A stretch of 64,000 bases of DNA from a virus. Taxonomy: Duplodnaviria; Caudoviricetes. A program made the position numbers and the translations under genes. The notes under the pieces are model-generated. The model had not been told where the DNA came from. It ran no database searches and worked only from the letters and a program-made list of their open reading frames with translations. This document shows, in pieces, positions 29,000 through 38,590 of the stretch. Each line of letters begins with the position of its first letter. The first letter of the stretch is position 1. The stretch covers positions 20,725 through 84,724 of the IMG/VR virus record IMGVR_UViG_3300032004_000002; one strand, given 5' to 3'.

Positions 29000-29295
29000 G
29001 ACTCACCATCCTTAAACTTAGCAGACAACCGCTCGAATTCTTTCTTGTCACGTTCTTCTTGCCACACTTTCATCTTAGCTTCATGGTCCACACGGATTTG
29101 ATACTCTTTGTCTGTTTCTTCTTCCAATACCTTGACAAACAAGTAAGTGGTATCTTCGTAAGGATAGGAATCGTTCTCAAGCTTAGCATCTGGTCCGTAG
29201 GTGTCTTGCAGACTCTTGAGGTACTCGATAGCTTCGCCAATTGTCTTGTAATCAAGATCTACAGTTTCTTTCTGGTGCATCACTAGCTTTTTCAT
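28996..29295 (-). CDS. Hypothetical protein
   Basis: Start re-assigned to MKKLV after a GAGGA RBS. Confidence 0.65.
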   Translation of the reverse strand: MKKLVMHQKETVDLDYKTIGEAIEYLKSLQDTYGPDAKLENDSYPYEDTTYLFVKVLEEETDKEYQIRVDHEAKMKVWQEERDKKEFERLSAKFKDGES

Positions 29296-29387
29296 CTCAG
29301 TATCCTCAATTAACCAACCATGTAAAGAATAATAGCACACTCACACTAGAACACAAGAAATAAATCAAGCCCTTAACATGAAGCGAG

Positions 29388-29585
29388 TCAGAGGTTAACT
29401 TCTTTTATAGATAAAATCTTGTAGCCACTGTACAATTTTTCTATCTTAGCTTTTAATCGCACATCACTAAAAGCTGTAATAATTGCGGTTGTAGTTTTGC
29501 AATCAACCCAAATTGTACGATTATCATAGATACACCAATCTTGTATCTTACTTGGTTTGTCAATAATAACTTCAAAGGTTTTCAT
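29388..29585 (-). CDS. Hypothetical protein
   Basis: 65 aa, GGAG RBS after the promoter at 29621-29648. Confidence 0.6.
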   Translation of the reverse strand: MKTFEVIIDKPSKIQDWCIYDNRTIWVDCKTTTAIITAFSDVRLKAKIEKLYSGYKILSIKEVNL

Positions 29586-29600
29586 ATTTCATTTCTCCAG

Positions 29601-30302
29601 TTAAACCAATATTTTCAACAATACTAACACAACCACAGAGCTAGTCAAGAAATAAATCAAATCCCTAGGCACTTTTATGGCCACAATCCCCTTATTTGAT
29701 GCAGAAAACTGAGGTGAATTCCTACGTTCTGTGTCTACCTCTTTGTCTGACACAGATGGAGAGTTGTCGTAAGAATTTGTGTAATATTCTTCCTCATCTT
29801 TGTCTGTAGCTCGCTGTGTGTTGATAGCCTTTTTGTATAACACTTCAGCACGTTCTTTACGAGCAAAGGCTACATTTCTTAAGATTGTGTATTCTTCAGG
29901 GCTGTATTCACCAGAACGATAGGCTTTCTCAAGCTCTAGGATTTCTGCGTTGAGTTTATCAAGTCTTGAAAGTTGTGGTATAATCCTTTGTTTTAATGGA
30001 ATTTTTGTTGACTTCTTGGTTCGTACAACAGGATCGGCATAAGCAAGTAAGTTTGCCTTTCCGTTTGGTAATGTGTGGGACAAGTTCACAGTGTCATTCT
30101 CAGCATATATCTCTAATGGAACATCGTAACTATCTGTTATTTGTTTGCGGACATGCCAGTAATCCGCCCCAGAAAGGTCACGAGTAAGCATTGTAGACGG
30201 ATTTTTCCACTGTCTACCATTACGGGATAGACAAGACCAGTCATCATAATCACCGACTGTAGCTGAATCACCGTAACCTGACCGACCTTGACCTTTCCAC
30301 AT
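29601..30302 (-). CDS. Hypothetical protein with C-terminal TM anchor
   Basis: 233 aa, GAGG RBS, hydrophobic C-terminus. Confidence 0.65.
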   Translation of the reverse strand: MWKGQGRSGYGDSATVGDYDDWSCLSRNGRQWKNPSTMLTRDLSGADYWHVRKQITDSYDVPLEIYAENDTVNLSHTLPNGKANLLAYADPVVRTKKSTKIPLKQRIIPQLSRLDKLNAEILELEKAYRSGEYSPEEYTILRNVAFARKERAEVLYKKAINTQRATDKDEEEYYTNSYDNSPSVSDKEVDTERRNSPQFSASNKGIVAIKVPRDLIYFLTSSVVVLVLLKILV

Positions 30303-30364
30303 GTCACACCTCTAAAGCTTTTCTGTTTCTGATCTGGTGATCTTAACCTAGTGAGAGCAGGCCG

Positions 30365-30991
30365 TCAAGCGTCCTTTGGAAGATTCCCATAATTTTCATA
30401 CCTATCAATCAGAGCCTTTGCAACCCTTTCATCGGTCTGTTCTTTGGCAAGTATACGAGCCTGCTCTAATTTAAACTTTAACCAAGCTTTGTGTCCCTCT
30501 TTTGGGTCATTATATAATCCCAGATGTTTACTTTTATTCATAACGACATCCCTGCACTCAGCTTTATATTTACCCGAGTTACTATCAAAACTTACGCCAA
30601 TAAGGGAACCATTTTCCTCCGAACCTCTTTTGTTACCAATGAATGTATTTATTCTAGCATCAATAAAAACACAAGTGTCCGGGCCGTATACCTTATTTCC
30701 TGGGACTAAAATGTCTTTATCTAACTCTTTACCCTCCCAAGGTTGTGAAACCATCCAAGCCTTGAAGTTACTGAATAAGAGCCATTCCTGTATAACTAAA
30801 CAGCCAACGTAGGTAGGATAATCCAAAAGAAACTTGCTGCTATAGCAACGTCTGAGCATACCACACCACCGTTGGTAGAAGGGGCAGACCCTGAGTGTTG
30901 TTGTCTTATCACCTGGGATATCCCGTTTGTACACAGTATAGTCAGCATCGTTGATACCAATGCCGTAAATTAGTCCTCTATTTCTATTCAT
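30365..30991 (-). CDS. HNH-type homing endonuclease with AP2-like C-terminus
   Basis: YGIGINDADY, W.GMLRRCY, LDKDIL..GNKVYGPDTCVF, GVSF. Confidence 0.8.
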   Translation of the reverse strand: MNRNRGLIYGIGINDADYTVYKRDIPGDKTTTLRVCPFYQRWCGMLRRCYSSKFLLDYPTYVGCLVIQEWLLFSNFKAWMVSQPWEGKELDKDILVPGNKVYGPDTCVFIDARINTFIGNKRGSEENGSLIGVSFDSNSGKYKAECRDVVMNKSKHLGLYNDPKEGHKAWLKFKLEQARILAKEQTDERVAKALIDRYENYGNLPKDA

Positions 30992-31051
30992 ATATTCCTT
31001 CCTCAATAAAGAAACCCACAATTAAGTGGGCAAATTTTTCACGCTGTTAAA

Positions 31052-31977
31052 TCAATCCCAATTGCCACGTTTCATACTACGTTCTTCACGCCGTGATTTA
31101 TCACGATTCCGCTTCCCCTCTCGCCACTCATCCCGCCCCTTCCCACGTACATCTCTATATTCATCCATCGTACTATCTACGCTATATTCTTCAAACTCTT
31201 CAGCAATCATTGTCTCTTCTTCCCAGGCATTTAGGTAGTCAAAATCTTGTATTGTTGTCATTTAGTTTAAACTAACCTTGTCAGACCAGAAGTCAAAATC
31301 AGCCACAATAAACGGGGATAAGTCATCCTCGACAAACACACCATCGGGACCGTATGTCACACTATCAATTTCCAATCGGTTGCGCATATGATTAAAATTA
31401 CCAGCCCAATATGTACCAAACTCTGTTGGTTTATTGTCGCCTTTCAAGGTGATAGCCTTCATTTCCCTTCTCCCACACCTTTAGTTTGTATCCCATGCCC
31501 ATAAAAGGGAATCACATTGCTCATTTCTACACACCACTCTCCATCTGTGTTTCGTCCAAGCTTTGCGCTAAAGGGCTTACCCTTAGAACTTGCTTCAGAG
31601 ATGCTTTGCTCATAGAGAGTGTGTAAATGTTGTGAAGCTTGATTGAGGTTCATTTATTATTCTCCTGTCCCAACTACACCACCACGACTTTCAATAACAG
31701 CCTCGATGACAGATACTGGTACATAGGCGTATACAGTATCTGTTGGGCATGATTCGTCTTCAACGTAAGGCATCAGTTCATCAATTTCTACCGAAGGAAA
31801 CCCAATTTCAAACTCTTCATAGTTCCAGTAATGGGTATCGATTCGTGGTGAACAGTAGTGAAAGTTTGAGGCTTGAACAGACATCGTGGTGCCATCACCC
31901 AACACCAAGGTTTTAGTATTAGTCGAACGACCTTCACGACGGCCCTCTTCCATAATCATTGTAAAATGCTTTTTCAT
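31052..31977 (-). other. Four small early hypothetical genes (31052-31261, 31262-31462, 31459-31653, 31657-31977)
   Basis: Coupled ORFs with RBSs; 31657 carries a widespread phage motif MSVQAS..HYCSPR...E.GFP. Confidence 0.7.
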
Positions 31978-32024
31978 CTCAAATCTCCTGTTTCATATTA
32001 GGCTTTTGCCTTTGTCTAAGCTGA

Positions 32025-32053
32025 ATTCTAGGCTGATTGGATAGGGGTGTCAA
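32025..32053 (-). promoter_or_regulatory. sigma70 early promoter
   Basis: TTGACA-17-TAGAAT. Confidence 0.8.
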
Positions 32054-32085
32054 GCGTTACACGCTCGAATCAAGCGTATTTTCAA

Positions 32086-32484
32086 TTATTTTAAGCAAAG
32101 ATTTCTATTATCCCATCCAAAATGCTCAAGAAGAATGTCGCACATAATCTCCCAAGCTTTAGGACTTTTCTCAGCCATCCTAGCAAGCCCTGTACCAATC
32201 CCACCAGAGGGGAATACGATTGTGTGAGATTGAGCTAGAATATAAAGCTTTCGTAAATCAGCCTTGACAGCTTCAATCTCATCAGGTTTGTCTGAGAAAT
32301 AAGCCCAATCATCACGGCTAGGGTAGCGCTTTGTAACCACACCAAAAGCATTAGGACAATCACGGATAATGGCTTGTCCACCTTTACCGTATCGCTTTAA
32401 GTTGTCACCATAGACGTAAATTGTCTCAGGAAATAACAGAGGCATATCATGAACATAATTTATTGCACAGACATTAATGTCCAT
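32086..32484 (-). CDS. Macrodomain-like protein
   Basis: YGDNL..YGKGGQA...PNAFGVVTK and FPSGGIGTGLA loops resemble macro-fold diphosphate-binding loops. Confidence 0.5.
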   Translation of the reverse strand: MDINVCAINYVHDMPLLFPETIYVYGDNLKRYGKGGQAIIRDCPNAFGVVTKRYPSRDDWAYFSDKPDEIEAVKADLRKLYILAQSHTIVFPSGGIGTGLARMAEKSPKAWEIMCDILLEHFGWDNRNLCLK

Positions 32485-33297
32485 CTTGCACCAGCAGTTC
32501 AGAAATTTTCTTCACCCTGTCCAAATACCCTTGTGTATTTTCATCCCACTTAAGGTCGTTCTCGTAAGAGAAAGTCCAATTGCTAAGATGTTCTTTGGCT
32601 GCTGTCTCAGAATCAAGCTCAAGGGCATACCCCAAATCGTACGACAAATCTGACCAACCTTGAAGGTATTCAGGTTCGTACAAGTCTCCAGTCATAGGAC
32701 CAAAGTAGGCATCTGGCTGTGTTTGGGCAATAGCTTTTTGTAATGCTAGGAGGTAGGTCATTTCCAACCCTCAAAAATTGTTTCGTAAACTTCTTTACCA
32801 TTCGGAGTGCTGACCTTAAGCTTCTCAGTAATCCAGTCTGTATTCTGATGGAATACTTGACCAGCACAGAAAATAGCTTGGGACAAATCAGTACCAACGA
32901 CTTGATAGTTCTTTATGCGGGTTTCATCTTTGTCAATATGAATCTGTTCAACATACACATCATAGATTTTCATCTCACACCCCACCTAAGTTTTTAGCTA
33001 CCGACTTGACAAGCTCGCCTCTGAAATGACTTGAGCCTACAAGGTTCTTGCCATCACAACATAGCCACATATTCTTCTCAGACACTTTATCATGTGTCTT
33101 GCTGAATGTGAAGCCAGCTTGAATTAGAGCTTGTTCTACTTGGGATGTGTTCATACCAACCTCACTACATAGCGAACAGCACCATAGGTCAAGTCTTTCT
33201 TGTTAGCAAAGTTACGTGCTGCTTGGCCTTTACCTTCACCATATTGCTTGATCACTGCTTTGGTTTGGATGTCTACCACTTCGTATGCGATTTTTAT
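32474..33297 (-). other. Small early genes (32474-32767, 32758-32973, 32975-33154, 33151-33297)
   Basis: Coupled ORFs downstream of the promoter at 33332-33360. Confidence 0.6.
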
Positions 33298-33331
33298 GGC
33301 TGTGATTCCTATATGTTGTTTGTATAGAGAC

Positions 33332-33360
33332 AGAATAGCTAGAGTGGAAGGTTGTGTCAA
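33332..33360 (-). promoter_or_regulatory. sigma70 early promoter
   Basis: TTGACA-17-TATTCT. Confidence 0.75.
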
Positions 33361-33369
33361 GGATTATCT

Positions 33370-33588
33370 TCAGCTATACCCAACTTTCTCTTTAACACTC
33401 TCAAGCACTTCCAAAGCTTCAGCCTTAAGCCTACATTCTGTCAAGTAATTAATAATCCCCATCAGACCAAATGCATTGATCGTTCCCCAGCTATAACCGT
33501 AGAAATGATAAGCTTCTGTGTAGCTTTTAGAGGTTATCATCAAATGAAAAGATTCTCTACTCCATTTTATAGCTTCGTCAGTGGTCAT
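33370..33588 (-). CDS. Hypothetical protein
   Basis: 72-aa ORF. Confidence 0.55.
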   Translation of the reverse strand: MTTDEAIKWSRESFHLMITSKSYTEAYHFYGYSWGTINAFGLMGIINYLTECRLKAEALEVLESVKEKVGYS

Positions 33589-33618
33589 ATTTCATCTCAT
33601 ATCTGTTATTTGATGCAG

Positions 33619-33642
33619 AAAAAGAGGGGCATAAAGCCCCTC
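33619..33642 (-). terminator. Rho-independent terminator
   Basis: GAGGGGC-TTTAT-GCCCCTC-TTTTT. Confidence 0.8.
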
Positions 33643-33655
33643 AATTGATCTACCA

Positions 33656-33856
33656 TCAGTTGGCACGCGCAACTGTACGGAACGCTTCTTGAAGGCGTGG
33701 TTTATCCCTAACTTTTCCATCTTGACGATAGACACGATAGGTTCCATCGCTGAGCTTGCGAATCACTCCAAGCAGATTACCCGATGCATCATAGCAATGA
33801 CGTACACCACTGCCAGCAACATCACTAAATTTCCCATAAACGACATTGGTCTTCAT
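33656..33856 (-). CDS. Early hypothetical protein
   Basis: Start re-assigned to MKTNVV after a GGAG RBS; promoter TTGCTT-17-TAAGAT at 33942-33970. Confidence 0.7.
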   Translation of the reverse strand: MKTNVVYGKFSDVAGSGVRHCYDASGNLLGVIRKLSDGTYRVYRQDGKVRDKPRLQEAFRTVARAN

Positions 33857-34026
33857 TTTGTATATCTCCATAGAATTAATAGTGCACCTGATCGATGCCA
33901 TCTCTCTTTTCTGGAAAACTACATTTCGTTTCCATGGACAAATCTTAGGATAGCTTTTTAGGAAAAGCAATAGCCTTTTTGAATATTTTTCTATAAATTT
34001 CTCTGTTTTAAGCTATCTTCTTGATT

Positions 34027-34308
34027 TTACAGGGAAATTATTTCCAACTGAATCACCTCAGCCATAACGATAGGCTCGGCTACGACATCCTTCTTCTTAG
34101 CCTTTCTGTTCACAAGGATTGTTTTGCTTGAACGTGTCACCCCTAAAGCCTTAGCAATCTGAAGGATGCTGCTGTCCTTGACGGGGCGAATGTCGTAACA
34201 AGAGCTATCCACGGCATAAAACCCTAAGACAGCTCCAATGATAGGATTGCCTTCCCCGTCGAATGTGATGCGTACATTGTAAGAACGATTCTTAATTGAA
34301 TTTGACAT
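34027..34308 (-). CDS. Early hypothetical protein
   Basis: AGGAG RBS; promoter TTGCTA-17-TATCAT at 34348-34376. Confidence 0.7.
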   Translation of the reverse strand: MSNSIKNRSYNVRITFDGEGNPIIGAVLGFYAVDSSCYDIRPVKDSSILQIAKALGVTRSSKTILVNRKAKKKDVVAEPIVMAEVIQLEIISL

Positions 34309-34495
34309 TTTTAGCGCTCCTGTTCTTTGTTTGTGCTTCTGTTTGTAATGATAGAGAGACAGGTGGCAAATAGCAATGACAATTTGAGAGAAGAAGTGTA
34401 AAGATTTTGTAAGGAGGGGAACTAAACTGGAAATGGAAAATACATTCTGGATGGAATATTTATTTTATGGGGAAGCCCTCGTGAGAGGGCTGGGG

Positions 34496-36473
34496 TTATT
34501 TCTCTACCTTTACAACGTCTTCAAATGCACGTTGACTGACAATTGTATCATTCCAACCATTTCGGTACTCTTCATGCTCAATTTTCACTGTCTTTTTGTT
34601 GATTTGTACGATAAAACCGGTGTGTAAAGCCATCTTCTGAGCTTTCCCGAACACAACCTTGTCTCCTACATTTAGCTCGTTTCCTAGGATGTCTTTTGTT
34701 GACATTAATAGTCCCCAATCAATACAAGTGGTTGCAAAATGTAAACTGATTGTTCATCAAATTTCTTCTTATGAAACTCATAATAACTACTTGATGGGTG
34801 GTAAGGTTGTTTAGCGAACGACCACCAACTAGCCTTAGCACCCTGTTCAGATTCATATAAACCACCAAAGCGACTACCGTCGCGGCTGTCAATGATTACC
34901 CAAGCTTCAATTCTATGTGTCATTCTTCATCTTCCTCTTTAGGTTATTGCCAATCTGGCGGGCGGGACAAATCCCAACCATTCTCACCTCAATATTGACA
35001 CTGAGAGCATTCACAATGATTAGGCAGATTGCAAGAATCTTTCCCGAAGTTGATATAATCTGTCATTTATAAGTCCTCTTCATCCCACGATGTAATAGAT
35101 ATGACTCCCCTGTCTTCTCATCCAATCCCATAACAACTGTCACCAACCATCCAAGATCATCGATAGACTCTACAACAGAGATCTTTAGAGTGGTGGCGTG
35201 TAGATCAGGCCATTTGAATATACTTTTGTCTGTGAGTTCTTTGCTGAATACTGAAGTCATAATATCACCAATCAATATCAATGACATAATCACCAGCTTC
35301 AATCAAGCCCTTCTCATGCAAATCATTAGCAATCATCTGCACATCAGGATAGAAATTCCTTTCCCACCAAAGCTTAATGTAATGGCCACCGCCATCTGCA
35401 ATTGGTTGTTTAGGGTCCCGCTCAAGCCAAGCTTTAAAGCTTACGCCCATATCCTCATGATTAACAATCTCTGGAACTGTATCATTCTCATAATCATAAG
35501 CTTCATCAGGAATTGTAATCTGCACACGTTGACGTTCTTTACAGCCATCTTGTTGCTGAAAGCTATAAGGTCGTCCGTATGTGTTGATTACAAGATTATC
35601 CCAATCACCTACATCAATAACTTGTTCTGTTCGTGTTGTAATGTTCATTTAATCTCTCCTAAAAATAAACTGTAGAAGGGTGGATATCAAACCCATCATA
35701 ATAAGAATCAACAGAATGAATATATTCTCTCAACTCTTGTTCATTTTCTATTGGTGGACATGAGAAATTGGATTCGTAAGCACCATCTGTGTTGAACCTA
35801 CTTTCTTTCCAGATATGCACTTCAGAGGATGAATCTGAACAGCATCCACACCCTTCTGCCCAACTGTAGTATTCGTATAGGATAATGTATTTCATTTCAC
35901 TAGCACCTTCTGACTTACATTAGAAATTAAGTATCCACCGATAGACATGACAATCAATGTACTAAATGTTGATTGGTCAATCTTCGCATACCAAAGCAGA
36001 AGTGTAAACACAAGGCTAAAGAATACACTCACCCATAGTTTCCTACTTGTCCATTTGGAGGGTGTCGTTTCTGTTGAAACGTTTTCTGTTGTGTCGTTCA
36101 TTCTATTCTCCATTATCTACAACAGTTATACCAGAACGCTCAAGAAGAATATTTCTAGTAATCTGCACTTCATTACGGTCTTCAACACCAAACCACTGAT
36201 GAGAATTCCAAACACCAAACTTACGGATTGCGTTGTTCCACATGTCTTCTCCTGTACGTTCTTCGACAAGAGGAATTTCATTTGGTCCGAGATAGTCTTT
36301 CATTTCACAACCCTCAAGTCTTCAATTTTAGGGAATCTTTCGTATTTATTTTCAGGGTTAGGATTACACCAAACAGACCCTTTAATTCTGTAAGCGATAA
36401 TCCTGTTATCCTCTACGACATACTCTGATTCGTAGAAATCAAAATCATCTGTGTAGTAGTGAGTGGCTTTCAT
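34496..36473 (-). other. Small hypothetical genes (34496-34705, 34705-34923, 35063-35254, 35265-35648, 35659-35895, 35892-36113 two-TM, 36103-36303, 36300-36473)
   Basis: Coupled ORFs with RBSs. Confidence 0.65.
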
Positions 36474-36533
36474 TGCTGTTTCTCCTCAACAAATCGCAAA
36501 TTTATATTCTTTACTTGACTTCATCACGTCATT

Positions 36534-36693
36534 TCACTTATCAACAGCTTCCGTCACGCTAGTGACCCCTCTCACAGACATCTTAACCCCATGAAATTTG
36601 CCAAATAATAGCTTTCTCTTTTGCTTCGATTACAGCTTGTTCAATAGATGTCCCGGCTAGGAATTCTACGTTGATGCAGATGTTTGAGTTCAT
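36534..36693 (-). pseudogene. Probable frameshifted small gene
   Basis: MNSNICINVEFLAGTSIEQAVIEAKEKAIIW stops early; FHGVKMSVRGVTSVTEAVDK continues in another frame. Confidence 0.35.
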
Positions 36694-36694
36694 T

Positions 36695-37270
36695 TCAAAC
36701 CTCATTTAAACATTGATTAATAAGAGAATCCCTTGCTTTCTCCATACTACCACAAGAAAACCTACCTTCAAACCGTTCTTTCATTTTCTGCCCATGCTTA
36801 TCAGACCAGCGATAATTTTCTTTCAAGAACATGACTCGACTAGCAATAGTTAGTTTGAAATCTCGGTGCAAGTGAATCTCACCAACTTGACTGTACCAAG
36901 CTTTGCAGATACTCACATCCATGTTATCAACCACTTTAAAACGGTGTTTAGGCTCATTCATCTGAATCAGTTGAACTTTCATACCGTCCACTTCAACATT
37001 CCAAATACGTTGCAACCCTTCCATACGTGCATAGAGCTCATTGGTTGCTGGACACTTGACAGGTGTTGCATCCAGTCCAACACGTTTAAGTTGTTTCTCT
37101 ACTCGGTTAAACACAGAACCTGTAGAACAAAAATAGAAGTCAAGGTCATTACATTCCTGTCCAAGATACCAATCTCGTGGGGCACCGCCTGCAAGAACAC
37201 AGGATGGATCGATAAGTGTTAGCATATCATACACTTTGTTTGCAACTTGTTTCTGATTTTCGATATTCAT
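36695..37270 (-). CDS. tRNA nucleotidyltransferase/poly(A) polymerase head-domain protein
   Basis: LAGGAPRDWYLG...NDLDFY matches class II CCA-enzyme motif A (GG.VRD.LLG...D.D). Confidence 0.75.
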   Translation of the reverse strand: MNIENQKQVANKVYDMLTLIDPSCVLAGGAPRDWYLGQECNDLDFYFCSTGSVFNRVEKQLKRVGLDATPVKCPATNELYARMEGLQRIWNVEVDGMKVQLIQMNEPKHRFKVVDNMDVSICKAWYSQVGEIHLHRDFKLTIASRVMFLKENYRWSDKHGQKMKERFEGRFSCGSMEKARDSLINQCLNEV

Positions 37271-37587
37271 TTCAAATACTCCCATAAAAGATTTGGATTA
37301 CGTTCTGTATAGAAATACTCCCAAAGCCCCGTTTCCTGCCAATGCCTCAGCGTAAGAAGGCTATCCAGCACTGTAGTCTTATACCTTGCACCAACATACC
37401 AATATTCAGGGAACAAAGCAAGATATTCTTCCTCTGTGTAGTAGGAGAGGAATACTTTGTCTTCTTCGTTGAGGCGCCTAGTTGAATCGTATTTCTCCCA
37501 CCAGCATGGTGAGTACCATTCATATTTTGGTGGATTTGGGCCGAAGAATTCGGGAAACCATTTCCTGAACCATGAGTCACTTAGCAT
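37267..37587 (-). CDS. Hypothetical protein (W/Y-rich)
   Basis: 106 aa, coupled ORF. Confidence 0.55.
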   Translation of the reverse strand: MLSDSWFRKWFPEFFGPNPPKYEWYSPCWWEKYDSTRRLNEEDKVFLSYYTEEEYLALFPEYWYVGARYKTTVLDSLLTLRHWQETGLWEYFYTERNPNLLWEYLK

Positions 37588-37589
37588 GA

Positions 37590-38081
37590 TTAATACTCCA
37601 AATCTTCAAGGTTGAAATTGCTTTCAGGATAATAGTTAATGTCAGGCATATTGTCAAGGACATCTTCAGGAAAATCGTACTCAAATTCCAACATCTCAAT
37701 GACTACAGCAGCCTTTTGGCTGCCTTTCTTCTTATCTTTATACCACAATTGTAGGTTTGGTACGTATGTATAGACGTTCTTAGGATATCCGTTGAACCTC
37801 TTTTTATATACAGTTGTCAAACCATCTTCAATGAATTTCCTAAGAATATTCCCTGTTGCCTTCAAGTCCATGTTGCACATATCAGCGATAGATTGCTGTG
37901 TGTCATAATACTCATTTCCAAGACTCTTGAAGAAGTCAAATCTATTTTTTAGATGTGCATAAATAACCTTATCACTAAGGTTCATCTTGACACATTCACC
38001 GTTGCTATTTACATACCCGCCAGCATTCAACAGCTTATAGGGCATCATCAGAAATTGGTTTTCGTTCCTTTGCTTTGACAT
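37590..38081 (-). CDS. Winged-HTH DNA-binding/replication-initiator-like protein
   Basis: LSDKVIYAHL...DTQQSIADMCNMDLKATGNILRKFIEDGL HTH pattern. Confidence 0.6.
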   Translation of the reverse strand: MSKQRNENQFLMMPYKLLNAGGYVNSNGECVKMNLSDKVIYAHLKNRFDFFKSLGNEYYDTQQSIADMCNMDLKATGNILRKFIEDGLTTVYKKRFNGYPKNVYTYVPNLQLWYKDKKKGSQKAAVVIEMLEFEYDFPEDVLDNMPDINYYPESNFNLEDLEY

Positions 38082-38144
38082 ACATTACCTTTGTTCTTAA
38101 AGTTCTTTTCATTTGGTTGTGATTCCTAAAGTTCTTAAATTTTA

Positions 38145-38273
38145 TTAACTGTTCTTCATTTCAGACACCTCCATAATTTTAAACATACACTGCAAAATAA
38201 AGGATTGACGGGATTTACTCCCACGATTCTGGTCAATCCAAGTCAGCAAGTGTTTAGGGATAATAAGGCTCAT
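38145..38273 (-). CDS. 42-aa ribbon-helix-helix (CopG/Arc-like) protein
   Basis: GGAG RBS; MSLIIPKHLLTWIDQNRGSKSRQSFILQCM. Confidence 0.55.
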   Translation of the reverse strand: MSLIIPKHLLTWIDQNRGSKSRQSFILQCMFKIMEVSEMKNS

Positions 38274-38590
38274 TTGTAACTCTCCATAGGGATAATTTCG
38301 TATGGGGTAAAAATGCCCATACACATTCATATCTCTTTCACTTCGTTCTGGCACACAAACAATATTAAGAGCATACACCGATGTGATGCCGAATGCAAGA
38401 CAAGGCATGCAGATATGCAATCAAAAGAAAAAGATCTTCGCTCTGCTCATGTCGTGCTCCGATCTTAAATTGTACGCTATCTATTTATCAATCTTGTTAT
38501 TTCAATCTATTTTATTCAATATAATTATTGGTGTTAAAATACCCATAGGGTGTGTGGCGAAAGTACCTACAGGCTATGGGTATAAAATGA

